Source: a virus
IMG/VR virus record: IMGVR_UViG_3300022562_001814
Location: 32,001-96,000 of that record
Length of the DNA: 64,000 nt
Strand: one strand, 5' to 3'
The translations under genes were made by a program, and so were the position numbers. Positions 38,703 through 49,160 of the stretch are shown here, piece by piece. Positions within the stretch are counted from its first letter, which is position 1. Each line of letters begins with the position of its first letter. The notes under the pieces are model-generated. The model had not been told where the DNA came from. It did no database searches and saw only the letters and a list, made by a program, of their open reading frames with translations.

Positions 38703-41475
38703 TGGTTAATGAATCCCCGGCATCAGTCTTATTTAGTCGTGATGGTTATGATGTGGTTATAACCGATGGCTATACTATTACAGCCAGTCGTCCGGCTATT
38801 ATTGCTGCTGGTAAAGATGGACAGGAACAACCACACAACCAATTAGTGCGGCTTCTTTACCATTGCCAACGGGCGCGGCTACAGAAACAACTCTTGCTAC
38901 TTTATTATTAGATGCAACTTTTACGTCTCGTATTAATACTCTTGGTCAAAAAACAATGGCTAATAGTACGCCAATTGTTATTGCCTCCGATCAGACAGTT
39001 ATTCCAGTTTCGGATAATGGCGGATCAATCACAATTGATGGAACTATTACTGCCAATATTGGCACTACTAATGGTTTGGCTTTAGATACTACTTTAACGA
39101 ATGGTACCCAAAAAACCATAATTACAAATGGTACGAATGATGGATATGTTTTAAATTCAGATCCTGCTGGTACAGAATATGCTTTGGTTGTAAGAAACAT
39201 TCCTTCTGGAACCCAAATGGTGGCTGGAACTGTTGCAGCTACTCAAAGTGGTACGTGGACAGTACAGCCTGGCAATACAGCTAATACTACTCCATGGTTA
39301 ACTACTATTAATGAAGGTGGAAATTCTGCAACAGTTACGGCTTCCAATGCTCTTAAGGTTGATGGATCTGCGGTTACACAACCAATTAGTGCAGTTTCTT
39401 TACCGCTTCCTACTGGAGCTGCAACTGAAACCACGTTAGCAACATTGCTGACGGAATCTACATTTACGGCGAGAATAAATACTTTTGGTCAAAAAACTAT
39501 GGCCAATTCTACTCCAATTGTAATTGCATCAGATCAAACTGTGATTCCAGTTTCTGATAATAGCGGTTCGCTTACTATTGATACGACCCAATTACCCGCA
39601 GCATTGGTTGCTGGTAGATTAGATACAAATTTGGGTGCTTGGTTGGGATCAACTGCTCCAACAGTTGGTCAAAAAACTATGACTAACTCAGTGCCTATTG
39701 TTATAGCCTCTGATCAAAGCGCTGTTCCGGTTTCCCAGAATGGTACCTGGACCGTTCAACAGGGCACTCCTCCATGGTCTGTTTCTCAAAACGGCACCTG
39801 GACAGTACAACAAGGTACACCTCCATGGTCGGTAGTTGGACCAGGGGCAGCCGGAGCCGCTATTTCTGGTAATCCTGTGCGTATTGGAGCTTCTGACGGC
39901 TCTATTACACGAAATATTCTTAGTGATGCTGGCGGAAGATTGCAAATTGTAGGATCAGCAGCCAGTGGAGATACTGTTGCGGGAAATCCGGTATTAATTG
40001 GTGGTTCTGATGGAACAAATGCTCAAACTATTAGAACAGCGACAGATGGGACTATTAGAATTGATCCTACTGGAACAACTATTCAGCCAGTTAATGGAAC
40101 GGTTACTTCCGATCAGGGAAATCCGAATACATTAGCAAATCGTTGGCCAGTTATTATTACAGATGGAACTAATACTGGACCAACCATGGATGCCGCCCCT
40201 AGGGCAGGCTACGTGAGAATTACTGATGGTACTAATACTATTGGTACGTTATTTAAAACACTATATTCTGATCCTAATGGTGATAGAAGAGCTATTCATA
40301 ATAATGCAACAATTACTAGTAGCGGATCTACGGTTTTAACTTGGGTCGGATACTCTGAATGGTATCTGATTATTAATTTAAAGGATGTTCCAACCGGTTC
40401 ATCACCTACAATTCAATTCAAAATAGAACAAGTTGATCCAATAGATGGTACTACAGTTCTTACAGATGTAAAATCTTGGACAGGCATAATTCATACAGGT
40501 GTTGGTCAAGAAATTCTTGAGATTCCAGAATTATCTAGTGATTCTATTAAAATTTCTTGGATAGTTACAGGAGCATCGGCATCTTGGACTGGAGTAAATG
40601 TTGCTTTTTGTGGACATGCTGCCGGTAATGCTATTGAAGGGCAAGCAGAAGTAGGAACTATTGCTGATGATCCTCCAGTACCGGTTGCCGGGGTAGATTC
40701 TGATGGGTATATTCAATATTTAAATGTAGATGGTTCTGGTAATTTGAAAGTTATTACTCAAACTTCCCCGTCCAGTGCTATTAATGGATTAAATGCTGGC
40801 TACGCGAAATTGGGAGGGGGGACCGCTGGAGTACTTATTCCGGTATTATCTACTACATATAATGAACAAAGTAGTAATGCTCAACGTTCAATATCTTCTT
40901 CTAGTACTAATGATACGTCGGCGGGAACCGGTGCTCGTACTGTAGAAATTACTTATTATACCGCAACTTTTACCGGACCATTCACCGAAGTAGTTACATT
41001 AAATGGAACTACTGCTGTTAATACAACTAATACTGATATTTGTTATATAGAATCTTTGATTGTTTTAACATCTGGTTCCACCGGCGTTAATGTTGGAACC
41101 ATTACGTTATATGCTAGTACTGGAGGCGCCGGAGGTGCGGTAGCTTCTATTGGATCTAATACTTTAACTGGTGGCACAGGAGATACAAGAACATTATATG
41201 CACAACATTATGTAGCTACCGGGTTAACTTGTTCTATTACGGGTTTTTTAGTAAGTGCTTCCGGTCAATGTTCATTTTTTTTAAAAACCAAAGATCTCTC
41301 AACTGCTAATGCTTCTGAACAAATCGTTTCTGGTATTATTCCTACCTCTAATCCTTTTGAACGTACATATGGTACACCTCTTCAAGTAATAGGTCCAGCT
41401 AGAATACGTGCATATGCTATTCCATCCTCTAATAATAATACAATTAGCGCATCGATTGACTTTTATGAAGAATAA
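38702..41475 (+). CDS. Fiber-like structural protein split by a frameshift near 38820 (ORFs 38702-38911 and 38863-41475)
   Basis: Frame 1 reads ...AAGKDG. Frame 2 from 38821 reads TGTTTQPISAASLPLPTGAATETTL, matching an internal repeat. GQKTM.NS.PIVIASDQ occurs three times. Confidence 0.7.
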
Positions 41476-41483
41476 GGTAAATT

Positions 41484-42467
41484 ATGAGTGTACAAATAAA
41501 CGCAAATGCAGTTGTTAGTGATAGCTGGACTAATTTTAAAGCTATTGCAATAACTTCCAAAAATCTACCAATTCAATATACTGATGATGGAATAGAATAT
41601 ACTATTTTTGCTTTTGATGATAATACTATTGTTTATATAACTACTATTTGGCAAGGAACTTTACCAAATAGTGTTATTAGTAATGGATATTCTCAATCGC
41701 AAAATGATACTGATAAAACAGAATTTGAAACTTATTATAAACCATATGCTAACCTACCCATTATTAAAGGAGAATTTGATGATCCTAGATTAACGCATAA
41801 ATTAGGAAATTTAACAGCGACTTCTACATCAGAGGTTTTGGTGTGTACTCGCGGATATAGTGAGCTTTCATCACAAAGACAATGTTCAGTTCAGTCATCA
41901 AGCGTTCAAGATAAATCTACCGGATCCGGCGCCGCCGTCGTTAGAATTACTTACTTAGACAGTAGTTATGTTCTTAAATCTGAAGATGTAAATCTTAATG
42001 GTACTACTAAAGTAAATACGGTAGCTACAGATATTAGATTTATAGAAAGTTTTGAAGTTATTCAAGGGGCTGCAGCTGCAGGGGCTATTAGTTTATTAGA
42101 TGGCACAACAGGCGGGGCTTCAGAATTTTGTGGTATTTCTTCCGGAACTACTACGGCTTTTTTATGCCATCATTATGTGCCCGCAGGAAAGAAAGCCTGG
42201 ATTTTGAATTGGGGTGCAACCGTGGATGATGAATGTAGTTTTAAATTAAATGGACAAAATAGATTCACATCTAGCTTGGTTCCTGTTATATTAGATTTAG
42301 AGAAATTATTTAATGGAGGTGTATCTGGAACTAGAATTAATTTTGAAAGAAAATTACAAGCCGTGCAAGTTCCAGAAAAATCGTATATATCTTTGACCGT
42401 TGTTCCAAATCAAAGCACTAGTACTGTTATTAGATCTTGGATGGATATTTGGGAAACTGTAACTTAA
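41484..42467 (+). CDS. Structural protein paralogous to the C-terminal domain of the preceding fiber
   Basis: Shared S.QR..S.SSS..D...G.GA..V.ITY...V.LNGTT.VNT..TDI..IES...HYV..G pattern. Confidence 0.7.
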   Translation: MSVQINANAVVSDSWTNFKAIAITSKNLPIQYTDDGIEYTIFAFDDNTIVYITTIWQGTLPNSVISNGYSQSQNDTDKTEFETYYKPYANLPIIKGEFDDPRLTHKLGNLTATSTSEVLVCTRGYSELSSQRQCSVQSSSVQDKSTGSGAAVVRITYLDSSYVLKSEDVNLNGTTKVNTVATDIRFIESFEVIQGAAAAGAISLLDGTTGGASEFCGISSGTTTAFLCHHYVPAGKKAWILNWGATVDDECSFKLNGQNRFTSSLVPVILDLEKLFNGGVSGTRINFERKLQAVQVPEKSYISLTVVPNQSTSTVIRSWMDIWETVT

Positions 42468-42480
42468 TTAAGAGGTAAGA

Positions 42481-43647
42481 ATGAAAAGAGTATTATTATT
42501 GTTGTTTGTATTTTTATTAAATTGTTCTACCGCTTCTTCCAATGAAGAGTCGGTAAACACATCTCAACTAGCATTATCTTATTGTGCTACCCCGAGTCAG
42601 TTAGCTTCTGATTTAGGATCTGCCAGTCAAGATAATGTTATTAGTTTGAGCGGAGTTAATCCTTTAGATTGTCCGGAAGTTTCTATGAGTGAAACATGGA
42701 GTGGTGGAAAGTTAGTTTTTTCCGATTCTCCAGAACATCCATCTGTTAGAGGTAAATTATATGAAGATTCTACTTTAGGGGCAACTGGTACCGATAATAA
42801 TAGAGTCTTTTTGTATCATACAAATGGTAAATCTAAAGGTAAAATGAAATTTACCGTGTTAGTTAAGAATTTAGGAGCTTCGACTGCTACTTTGACCGTT
42901 CAAAAAGTGGGTACGGCAGGACCAACCACTTCATATTTGTATGCGGGTAAGTTAGGATTTCAAAGATGGTTAGATTCTACTGCCGGTAGTGGGGTTAATG
43001 TTTCTCCAGGTTCTACTGTAACGTTGGATTCTACTTTTGATGCTTTGACTGCTAATCCAAATTATTTACTTCATGGAATTTGGGATTATTCTATGACCCA
43101 GCCTCATCAAGTGACTATTTGTGCTTTAAACCAAAATGATAATCCATTAACCGTATGTCCTGGTTTGTCTGTACTTTCAAGAGATAGTCATCAAAGAGGA
43201 ACATTTCCCTATGCTGATAAAGTTTATGATTTATCGACAAGTGTTGATACTGTTGATGGTATTCAACAATTCCCTCTTGCTAGTGGCGCACCCAATGACA
43301 GTTGGGCGGTTGGGACAGACGTAACTGATAGTTCTAGTCAAACTCTTACCGGAAATTATGGAGTTTTATATAGAATGCATTTCAGTCTTGCTTCTAGTGA
43401 TTCAAAGAATTTTGGCTTCTTGTTAAATCCAAGAGGTGGGCAATGGGGAGGAGCCGTTTGGGCCGCCCCTGGACTTGAGGCTGGTGGTAAGTTCTTGCTT
43501 CCAGCAGGTTCTGGTTCAACCGGGTTAAATACCAATGGCGTTGTAGAAGGTAAATACGATCCATCATCAACAAGTGCGCCATGGGCACAATTTATGCCAA
43601 CCGGTGGCTCTGCGCTTCCATTAAGATTTGTAATGGTTCCACACTAA
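42481..43647 (+). CDS. Secreted or lipoprotein-like protein of probable cellular origin
   Basis: Signal peptide MKRVLLLLFVFLLNC, beta-rich body, GAGG RBS. Confidence 0.65.
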   Translation: MKRVLLLLFVFLLNCSTASSNEESVNTSQLALSYCATPSQLASDLGSASQDNVISLSGVNPLDCPEVSMSETWSGGKLVFSDSPEHPSVRGKLYEDSTLGATGTDNNRVFLYHTNGKSKGKMKFTVLVKNLGASTATLTVQKVGTAGPTTSYLYAGKLGFQRWLDSTAGSGVNVSPGSTVTLDSTFDALTANPNYLLHGIWDYSMTQPHQVTICALNQNDNPLTVCPGLSVLSRDSHQRGTFPYADKVYDLSTSVDTVDGIQQFPLASGAPNDSWAVGTDVTDSSSQTLTGNYGVLYRMHFSLASSDSKNFGFLLNPRGGQWGGAVWAAPGLEAGGKFLLPAGSGSTGLNTNGVVEGKYDPSSTSAPWAQFMPTGGSALPLRFVMVPH

Positions 43648-43653
43648 TTAAAA

Positions 43654-43759
43654 AAACATAATATTTAGAAATTAGATTTTATCTAAAAAAATATCTAGAT
43701 ATTATGTTTATTTTTGATAATACTGAATATCCTTATTATAATTTTATAATAAGGATATT
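43654..43759. repeat. Two adjacent inverted repeats in an intergenic region
   Basis: AAACATAATATTTAGA...TCTAGATATTATGTTT (43654-43709, one mismatch) and the perfect AATATCCTTATTATA-attt-TATAATAAGGATATT (43726-43759). Confidence 0.85.
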
Positions 43760-43781
43760 TTAGTATATTACAGAGGTTTAA

Positions 43782-44117
43782 ATGGTGGATTTTCGCATAA
43801 CCGGCCCAGCCCACGATTATTATAAAAAAATATCGGTTAGCAACACAACGTTTGGATTAATGACAGACGGTTATAAACCAGATGTTTTAATACCATTTTC
43901 TACTTATGGTTTAACATTTTTAAATGAAGGTACAACCACAAGCCATATAATTGAATATTCTTTTAATGGATTTGATGTGCATGGTGAAATTAACCCCACC
44001 TTACCTAATAAATATTCTGTATTTAATAATAGGGTAGGTTGTAAAATATGGTTAAGAGTTAAGTCGGGCTCCTCAGGACCTATTACGGTAGCTGTAGAAG
44101 CGTGGCAAATACGATAA
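43782..44117 (+). CDS. Small beta-rich structural protein, 1 DGY motif
   Basis: 111 aa with GAGG RBS. Confidence 0.65.
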   Translation: MVDFRITGPAHDYYKKISVSNTTFGLMTDGYKPDVLIPFSTYGLTFLNEGTTTSHIIEYSFNGFDVHGEINPTLPNKYSVFNNRVGCKIWLRVKSGSSGPITVAVEAWQIR

Positions 44118-44148
44118 TAGGTTTGATATATAGGTTAGAGAGAATAAG

Positions 44149-44388
44149 ATGGGTAAGAAAAAAATATTATCTGAACTTGAAACTAGAAATAACATATTAA
44201 AGGCTGCTAAACAATTGGGTTGCGAAAAGGATGTTATTCAAATTTTTAATAAATATGATTTATTATTAAGAAATTGTACTAATTTACAGGAAAGAGAAGC
44301 TATTAGCACTATGGGAAATTTAGAAATTCATCGATTACTTAGCTCTACTCCGGGCGAATTAAGTATTAATGGGAAAATTATTATATAA
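44149..44388 (+). CDS. Hypothetical protein
   Basis: 79 aa ORF. Confidence 0.65.
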   Translation: MGKKKILSELETRNNILKAAKQLGCEKDVIQIFNKYDLLLRNCTNLQEREAISTMGNLEIHRLLSSTPGELSINGKIII

Positions 44389-44396
44389 GGTAAGAT

Positions 44397-44621
44397 ATGT
44401 CGGAAACGCATAATGGTAAAGTTATTTGGTTTAATAAATTGGGTATTGGTTTTATAGAGTGGAATAAAGACGGCGAAAAACAAAAAGATATGTTCGTTCA
44501 TTATTCTGATTTATGTATGGAAGGATTTAAAATGTTACATAAAGGACAAGATGTATCATTCGAAATCGGGTTAAATCACAAAGGACAGCCAAAAGCTGTT
44601 AATGTTAAAGTGATAAAATAA
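44397..44621 (+). CDS. csp: Cold-shock domain protein
   Basis: GKVIWFNK.GIGFI (RNP1), DMFVHYSDL (RNP2) and EGFKML..GQ.V.FEI...A.NV. Confidence 0.92.
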   Translation: MSETHNGKVIWFNKLGIGFIEWNKDGEKQKDMFVHYSDLCMEGFKMLHKGQDVSFEIGLNHKGQPKAVNVKVIK

Positions 44622-44891
44622 TTATTTTAAAAATAATTGAAGAATACCAAATATTGTACCTAAACCAAGACCACCAAGTATAACGATCAATTTAAATAAA
44701 TTTCTATCAATATCATCAATTTTTTTCTTCATATGAGTTAAATCTTTGATAATATCTTCGTTTTGTCTTTCAACTTCTAAGTAAATTTCTACTGATTTTT
44801 TATTAACTTCTAAAATATTTTTAAGATCGCCAGAAGTTAATTTGGCACCTTCTTGATCATTACAGTTTGTTTTTTTATCATTAGAAGGCAT
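44622..44891 (-). CDS. Small coiled-coil protein with C-terminal membrane anchor
   Basis: Ends LIVILGGLGLGTIFGILQLFLK. Confidence 0.65.
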   Translation of the reverse strand: MPSNDKKTNCNDQEGAKLTSGDLKNILEVNKKSVEIYLEVERQNEDIIKDLTHMKKKIDDIDRNLFKLIVILGGLGLGTIFGILQLFLK

Positions 44892-44898
44892 AACATTT

Positions 44899-45057
44899 TT
44901 ACTTTTTAAGAGAAGGATTTCTTTGTTTTTTATTGTTAATTTTAATAATGATTTGATCTATTTTTTCATTTAAATCTTTATATTCTTTTATTAGTTTTTC
45001 CGGAAGTTCAACTTCTTCTGTGTTGAGATTTAATTCTTCGGCTACATTAGTTGACAT
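44899..45057 (-). CDS. Small hypothetical protein (52 aa, MSTNVAEELNL...)
   Basis: Translated by hand. AGGA RBS, fills the gap between two minus-strand genes. Confidence 0.5.
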   Translation of the reverse strand: MSTNVAEELNLNTEEVELPEKLIKEYKDLNEKIDQIIIKINNKKQRNPSLKK

Positions 45058-45065
45058 AGAATTTC

Positions 45066-45455
45066 CTAATCGTTTGGATGGTCGGTTAAATCGGCAGTTT
45101 GTTCAGCGTAAACTTCATCAGGTATTTCTAATTCTTCATAGCGTATTTCTTCTGTTTGAATAGCAGATGCTCTTCTCGCTCTTGACGGTAAAAAAGCATA
45201 TTGTGATACTTCTATTATTTTTTTTGGTTCTACTGTTGGTGGTAGTTTTCTAACAACTATTTTTTTTCGTTTTTTAAAAATTGAACCGGAAACAGCCGAA
45301 TTTATTAATTCTTCTTTGGTAAAAAAATAATGTTTTTTATCTAATAAATTTACAGTTTTACGTGCAGGAATGGTTAAACCTAAATCAGTAAGACTAACAT
45401 CCATTTTGGATATATTAGATACCCAAAATTGTTCATTTTTATCGGGTTGAACCAT
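45066..45455 (-). CDS. Hypothetical protein
   Basis: 129 aa. VSNIS...TIPARKTVNLL resembles the N-terminal domain of 35101. Confidence 0.7.
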   Translation of the reverse strand: MVQPDKNEQFWVSNISKMDVSLTDLGLTIPARKTVNLLDKKHYFFTKEELINSAVSGSIFKKRKKIVVRKLPPTVEPKKIIEVSQYAFLPSRARRASAIQTEEIRYEELEIPDEVYAEQTADLTDHPND

Positions 45456-45470
45456 TTCAATATAATGTAA

Positions 45471-46967
45471 TTATAATAGTTTAAATTCTTTTTCAAATTT
45501 GAGTTTAAAATTTCTTACGGCATGCTCAAATTTATCTCTTACATTACTTATAGTAAAATTGTGTTGAGTAGAAGTCAATTTATTTAATTTTTCTAATTGT
45601 TCTTCTATAGTTAGATGTCGCCAATGAGGAAATAATTTATTAAAAATAGATTGAATATCTAAATCATAACAAACATCAAAATATTGTTCCATTTTTAATA
45701 TTATCATACGTTTGGCGAATTCATAACCAGTTTGTTGTTTGATATGATAATTTATTAACTTTTTTAAATATTCATATAATAATATATATGTTTGTTTAAA
45801 TATTTCTTGATTTTTATTAATTCTTGATAATTCTCGATAAATATCAAAATGAGCAATATCCAAAAAATCTTCTAAAGTTAAATGGCTTTCATCAGTATCG
45901 TGTTTACTTAAAAATGGGATATCTTTATAAGGTTGTTCTCCGGGTTTCAGATTTTTTAAAATTCTTTCAGGAGGAATATTAATTAAACTTTCCGAACTTT
46001 CTCCAATAACCGTATTAGAATAATCTAATACTCTAAGTGGAGTCCTACGTTGTAAAGCTTCTACAAACAAATTTGCAATATTAGGATCCCATGTATCATA
46101 CATATGATCTAATATAATAACTTTTTCATTAGTTTTTGAATTAATTCCAAATCTTACAATGCATCGTTTAATCATTCTCGATCCATATTCGGTTTCACTA
46201 TCTGCTGTTAAATAAATAATACCAACATACCGACTTAATATAGATCCTATTAAGCATTCTTTATGTTCTCCTGACCAACTTTGACAAGATTGAATGCCAC
46301 GTTGAGACATTGTTGCAATATCCCAAACTCCTTCATCACCTGAACCACTAAATATTATAAAATAATCTTTATCTTTTGGTAAATTTAATTTATTAAATTT
46401 TTTGGCACTACTTAAATGATCTATATTGGGTAATTTAAAATCATTAGAATTTAAAATATCAGGATATTTTTTACTAAATTGTTCGTTCAATTTATTAATT
46501 TTATCAAATGTTGTAAAAATTGAATCACTTGGTTTAAAAATAGTTTTGGTAAATAATTTAACTTCCCACGGAAAGAAAATTTTTAATTTATTTTCATTAT
46601 TTATAGTTGCATTTTTAACAGCTTCTATTGTATCGCTTAATGTTTGTAAATATTGTGTAGCAATTTCTATAAATACTGGATCTGTATTTGGTTTAATTTT
46701 ATTATATATTTTATTTTTTACATTATTTAAATGTTTTATTATATCTTCTAATAAATCTTGAATAATATCATAAGGCTCATTGGTTATTTCATATTTAACT
46801 TTTTCTTTAAAATTAGAAAGACCAAATACTGGAAATACTTTTTTAACAGTTTTTCTTTTTTTAATTTCTGGATTTTCAGCTAACCAATCCGGAATTTGTT
46901 TATCTTTAAAAGCATCTAATCCGGCGCTTATAAATAATTGATAAATAATTTTTAAATCATCCGCCAT
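45471..46967 (-). CDS. Hypothetical protein
   Basis: 498 aa with a conserved-looking core WDIATMSQRGIQSCQSW...CLIGS...R.I.R. Confidence 0.7.
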   Translation of the reverse strand: MADDLKIIYQLFISAGLDAFKDKQIPDWLAENPEIKKRKTVKKVFPVFGLSNFKEKVKYEITNEPYDIIQDLLEDIIKHLNNVKNKIYNKIKPNTDPVFIEIATQYLQTLSDTIEAVKNATINNENKLKIFFPWEVKLFTKTIFKPSDSIFTTFDKINKLNEQFSKKYPDILNSNDFKLPNIDHLSSAKKFNKLNLPKDKDYFIIFSGSGDEGVWDIATMSQRGIQSCQSWSGEHKECLIGSILSRYVGIIYLTADSETEYGSRMIKRCIVRFGINSKTNEKVIILDHMYDTWDPNIANLFVEALQRRTPLRVLDYSNTVIGESSESLINIPPERILKNLKPGEQPYKDIPFLSKHDTDESHLTLEDFLDIAHFDIYRELSRINKNQEIFKQTYILLYEYLKKLINYHIKQQTGYEFAKRMIILKMEQYFDVCYDLDIQSIFNKLFPHWRHLTIEEQLEKLNKLTSTQHNFTISNVRDKFEHAVRNFKLKFEKEFKLL

Positions 46968-47006
46968 AGTTAAATATCATAAAATTGTATTTAAACAAGG
47001 ATTTAA

Positions 47007-47342
47007 ATGTCGACAATTTTACAGTACACGCCTGGCTCTCAAGTTACTGTTTTGCTTCAAATATTAGATAGTACAGGAATAAGGGAAGATGGATATACAA
47101 CTCCGGTGATTAGTCGAATAATTTTACCAGATTTATCAGAATCTTCTTTATATCCAATTGATATGATTAAAATTGATACTGGACTTTATTATCATAAATT
47201 TACTTTACCAACAGGTTCTGTAAGCATAGGTACTTATATTATTGATTTAAGTTGGACTGATTCAAGTAATAATACTAAACAAGATATAATTCAAATATTG
47301 TGTAATCCCACCAGCGGTCAGTTTACAGTCTCTCCATCATAG
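47007..47342 (+). CDS. Ig-like structural protein, 1 DGY motif
   Basis: DTGLYYHKFTLP..G.Y...W, paralogous to the N-terminal domain of 47740. Confidence 0.65.
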   Translation: MSTILQYTPGSQVTVLLQILDSTGIREDGYTTPVISRIILPDLSESSLYPIDMIKIDTGLYYHKFTLPTGSVSIGTYIIDLSWTDSSNNTKQDIIQILCNPTSGQFTVSPS

Positions 47343-47349
47343 GTTATAA

Positions 47350-47688
47350 ATGAATAGTTGTTCAAAATTAGCAAATAAATTTGCAATGAAATTAGGTTTA
47401 GAATCTAGACCTGCCAGCTCGGTTCTTCCATCTGATTCGCTTTCGGATCTTTCTTCAGATTTTTCTTCAGATTTTATGGAAGAATACGAGGATTTATTAC
47501 CTAGCCAAAATTTAAATGTAAGAAAAAATGATTCTTTATATAAAATTTTAGAATCAGCGCGAGTAGAATTGCATAGCCTTACTCAAGCATTATCATTAGG
47601 TGATTTTGAATCTAGTTTAGAATTTATTTCTAATGCAAAGTCTGATCTAACAAAGTTAGAAGAATTAATTAAAAATCAAATCAAATAA
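47350..47688 (+). CDS. Small protein with LANKF leader
   Basis: Starts MNSCSKLANKFAMKLG. Confidence 0.65.
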   Translation: MNSCSKLANKFAMKLGLESRPASSVLPSDSLSDLSSDFSSDFMEEYEDLLPSQNLNVRKNDSLYKILESARVELHSLTQALSLGDFESSLEFISNAKSDLTKLEELIKNQIK

Positions 47689-47739
47689 TAGTAGATAGCC
47701 TTTAATATCATAAAATAATATATATATGAACGGATTATT

Positions 47740-48639
47740 ATGGCTTTACGTACTCGTACTGAACTTATAGAACCCAAAGATGTTGTACAACTTACTGCAG
47801 TATTTAAAGATCAAAACGGAACTCCAACTAATTTAGATTCTTATCCAAATATTACAATTATACAGCCTAGTGGTTTGATCAGTACCGGACCAACTAGTTC
47901 TGGCGTTATGCAAATATCAACAGGAAAATATCAATTTGATTATGAAATTGGATTTACTGGACCATATGGAGTGTGGAGTGATGTTTGGGAGGGTTATTTA
48001 AATGGATATAGGCTTGAAGCCACCTTTAATTTTGTTGTAGCTCATACGGATTTGCCAGGCATTAATACGGATGGTTATTGGCATTTAGGCGATGATCCTG
48101 GCTTCAACTTTACTCAAGTTGAAATTTTTAATATCAATAAATTGTTAAAAACTTTAAAAGCTAGACTAACAGCTTCAGGCAAATCAAAAAGCAAAGATGC
48201 CTATGGTAATATCATTTATGTTGATTGTAGTGTTTTTTCTATAGAAGTATTAGTGACATTTTTAGCTAATTCATTAACTTTGTTTAATGAAATTCCGCAT
48301 ATAACATTTTTTACTTTTGCTGACACTAGCTTTGTAGATCAATTTCATGATGTTATTGTGGAAGGCGCCGCTTTAATGGCATTAGGAAGTCAGGCATTAA
48401 TAGAACGTGGGGCAGAATATTCAATTTCTGATAATGGAATTAATTTTACTCCACCGGCTATGAGCGAGTTATTAAATACTCAGTATTCTGCGCTTTTAAC
48501 TCATAATTATGAAAAAGTAAAATTTATTAAAAATAGTTTCAAACCTCATCCTATGGGGTTGGGTAGTTTTAGTATGACAGGCAGCCAAAATCCAGCCTTC
48601 AGAAGATTAAGACTATTACGTCAAAGACAAATTTTTTAA
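47740..48639 (+). CDS. Putative head-tail adaptor (neck) protein with N-terminal Ig-like domain
   Basis: Helical C-terminal domain (FNEIPH..F...YSISDNGINF.P) after an Ig-like domain. Position in the module is consistent. Confidence 0.55.
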   Translation: MALRTRTELIEPKDVVQLTAVFKDQNGTPTNLDSYPNITIIQPSGLISTGPTSSGVMQISTGKYQFDYEIGFTGPYGVWSDVWEGYLNGYRLEATFNFVVAHTDLPGINTDGYWHLGDDPGFNFTQVEIFNINKLLKTLKARLTASGKSKSKDAYGNIIYVDCSVFSIEVLVTFLANSLTLFNEIPHITFFTFADTSFVDQFHDVIVEGAALMALGSQALIERGAEYSISDNGINFTPPAMSELLNTQYSALLTHNYEKVKFIKNSFKPHPMGLGSFSMTGSQNPAFRRLRLLRQRQIF

Positions 48640-48658
48640 TTACTTTTTTTGCATTCTT

Positions 48659-49159
48659 GTGATGTATTCTCTTGACGAAATTAAACAAATTTCACCAAAA
48701 GTTTTATTGAAATTAATTCAAAAAGCCAAGAATTACCTTAAAACTAATGAAACAATGCAAGAGGTTTGTAATAAATATAATTTTAATATTGATGATATAG
48801 ATTTAATTCCAGTAAAATTTGATGATATTGATGTTAGTGCTAAAACAGATAAAGGCATTGTAACTTTAAATTGGAAATTGTTAATAGATGGTGATTTTTT
48901 TAAAGATTTATCATATTTGGTGCATGAATTTACTCACTACATTCAACAATCAATAGAACCAACCCAATCAGCAGATGACGGTGACTATTTAAGTAATCCA
49001 TATGAACAAGAAGGTTTTAAATATCAAATAAAATATATAGATGATCAATTTGGTAACGATGCTGCAGAAGATTATACTAATCAAGTATTAGATCATCATA
49101 ATGAAAAAGGACAAGAAAGGGAAGAAAAAAAAGATATATTAATGGAATTAATGGAGTAA
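48659..49159 (+). CDS. Zincin-like metallopeptidase family protein
   Basis: LVHEFTHYIQ (HExxH) followed by Y..NPYEQEGF. Confidence 0.7.
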   Translation: MMYSLDEIKQISPKVLLKLIQKAKNYLKTNETMQEVCNKYNFNIDDIDLIPVKFDDIDVSAKTDKGIVTLNWKLLIDGDFFKDLSYLVHEFTHYIQQSIEPTQSADDGDYLSNPYEQEGFKYQIKYIDDQFGNDAAEDYTNQVLDHHNEKGQEREEKKDILMELME

Positions 49160-49160
49160 A

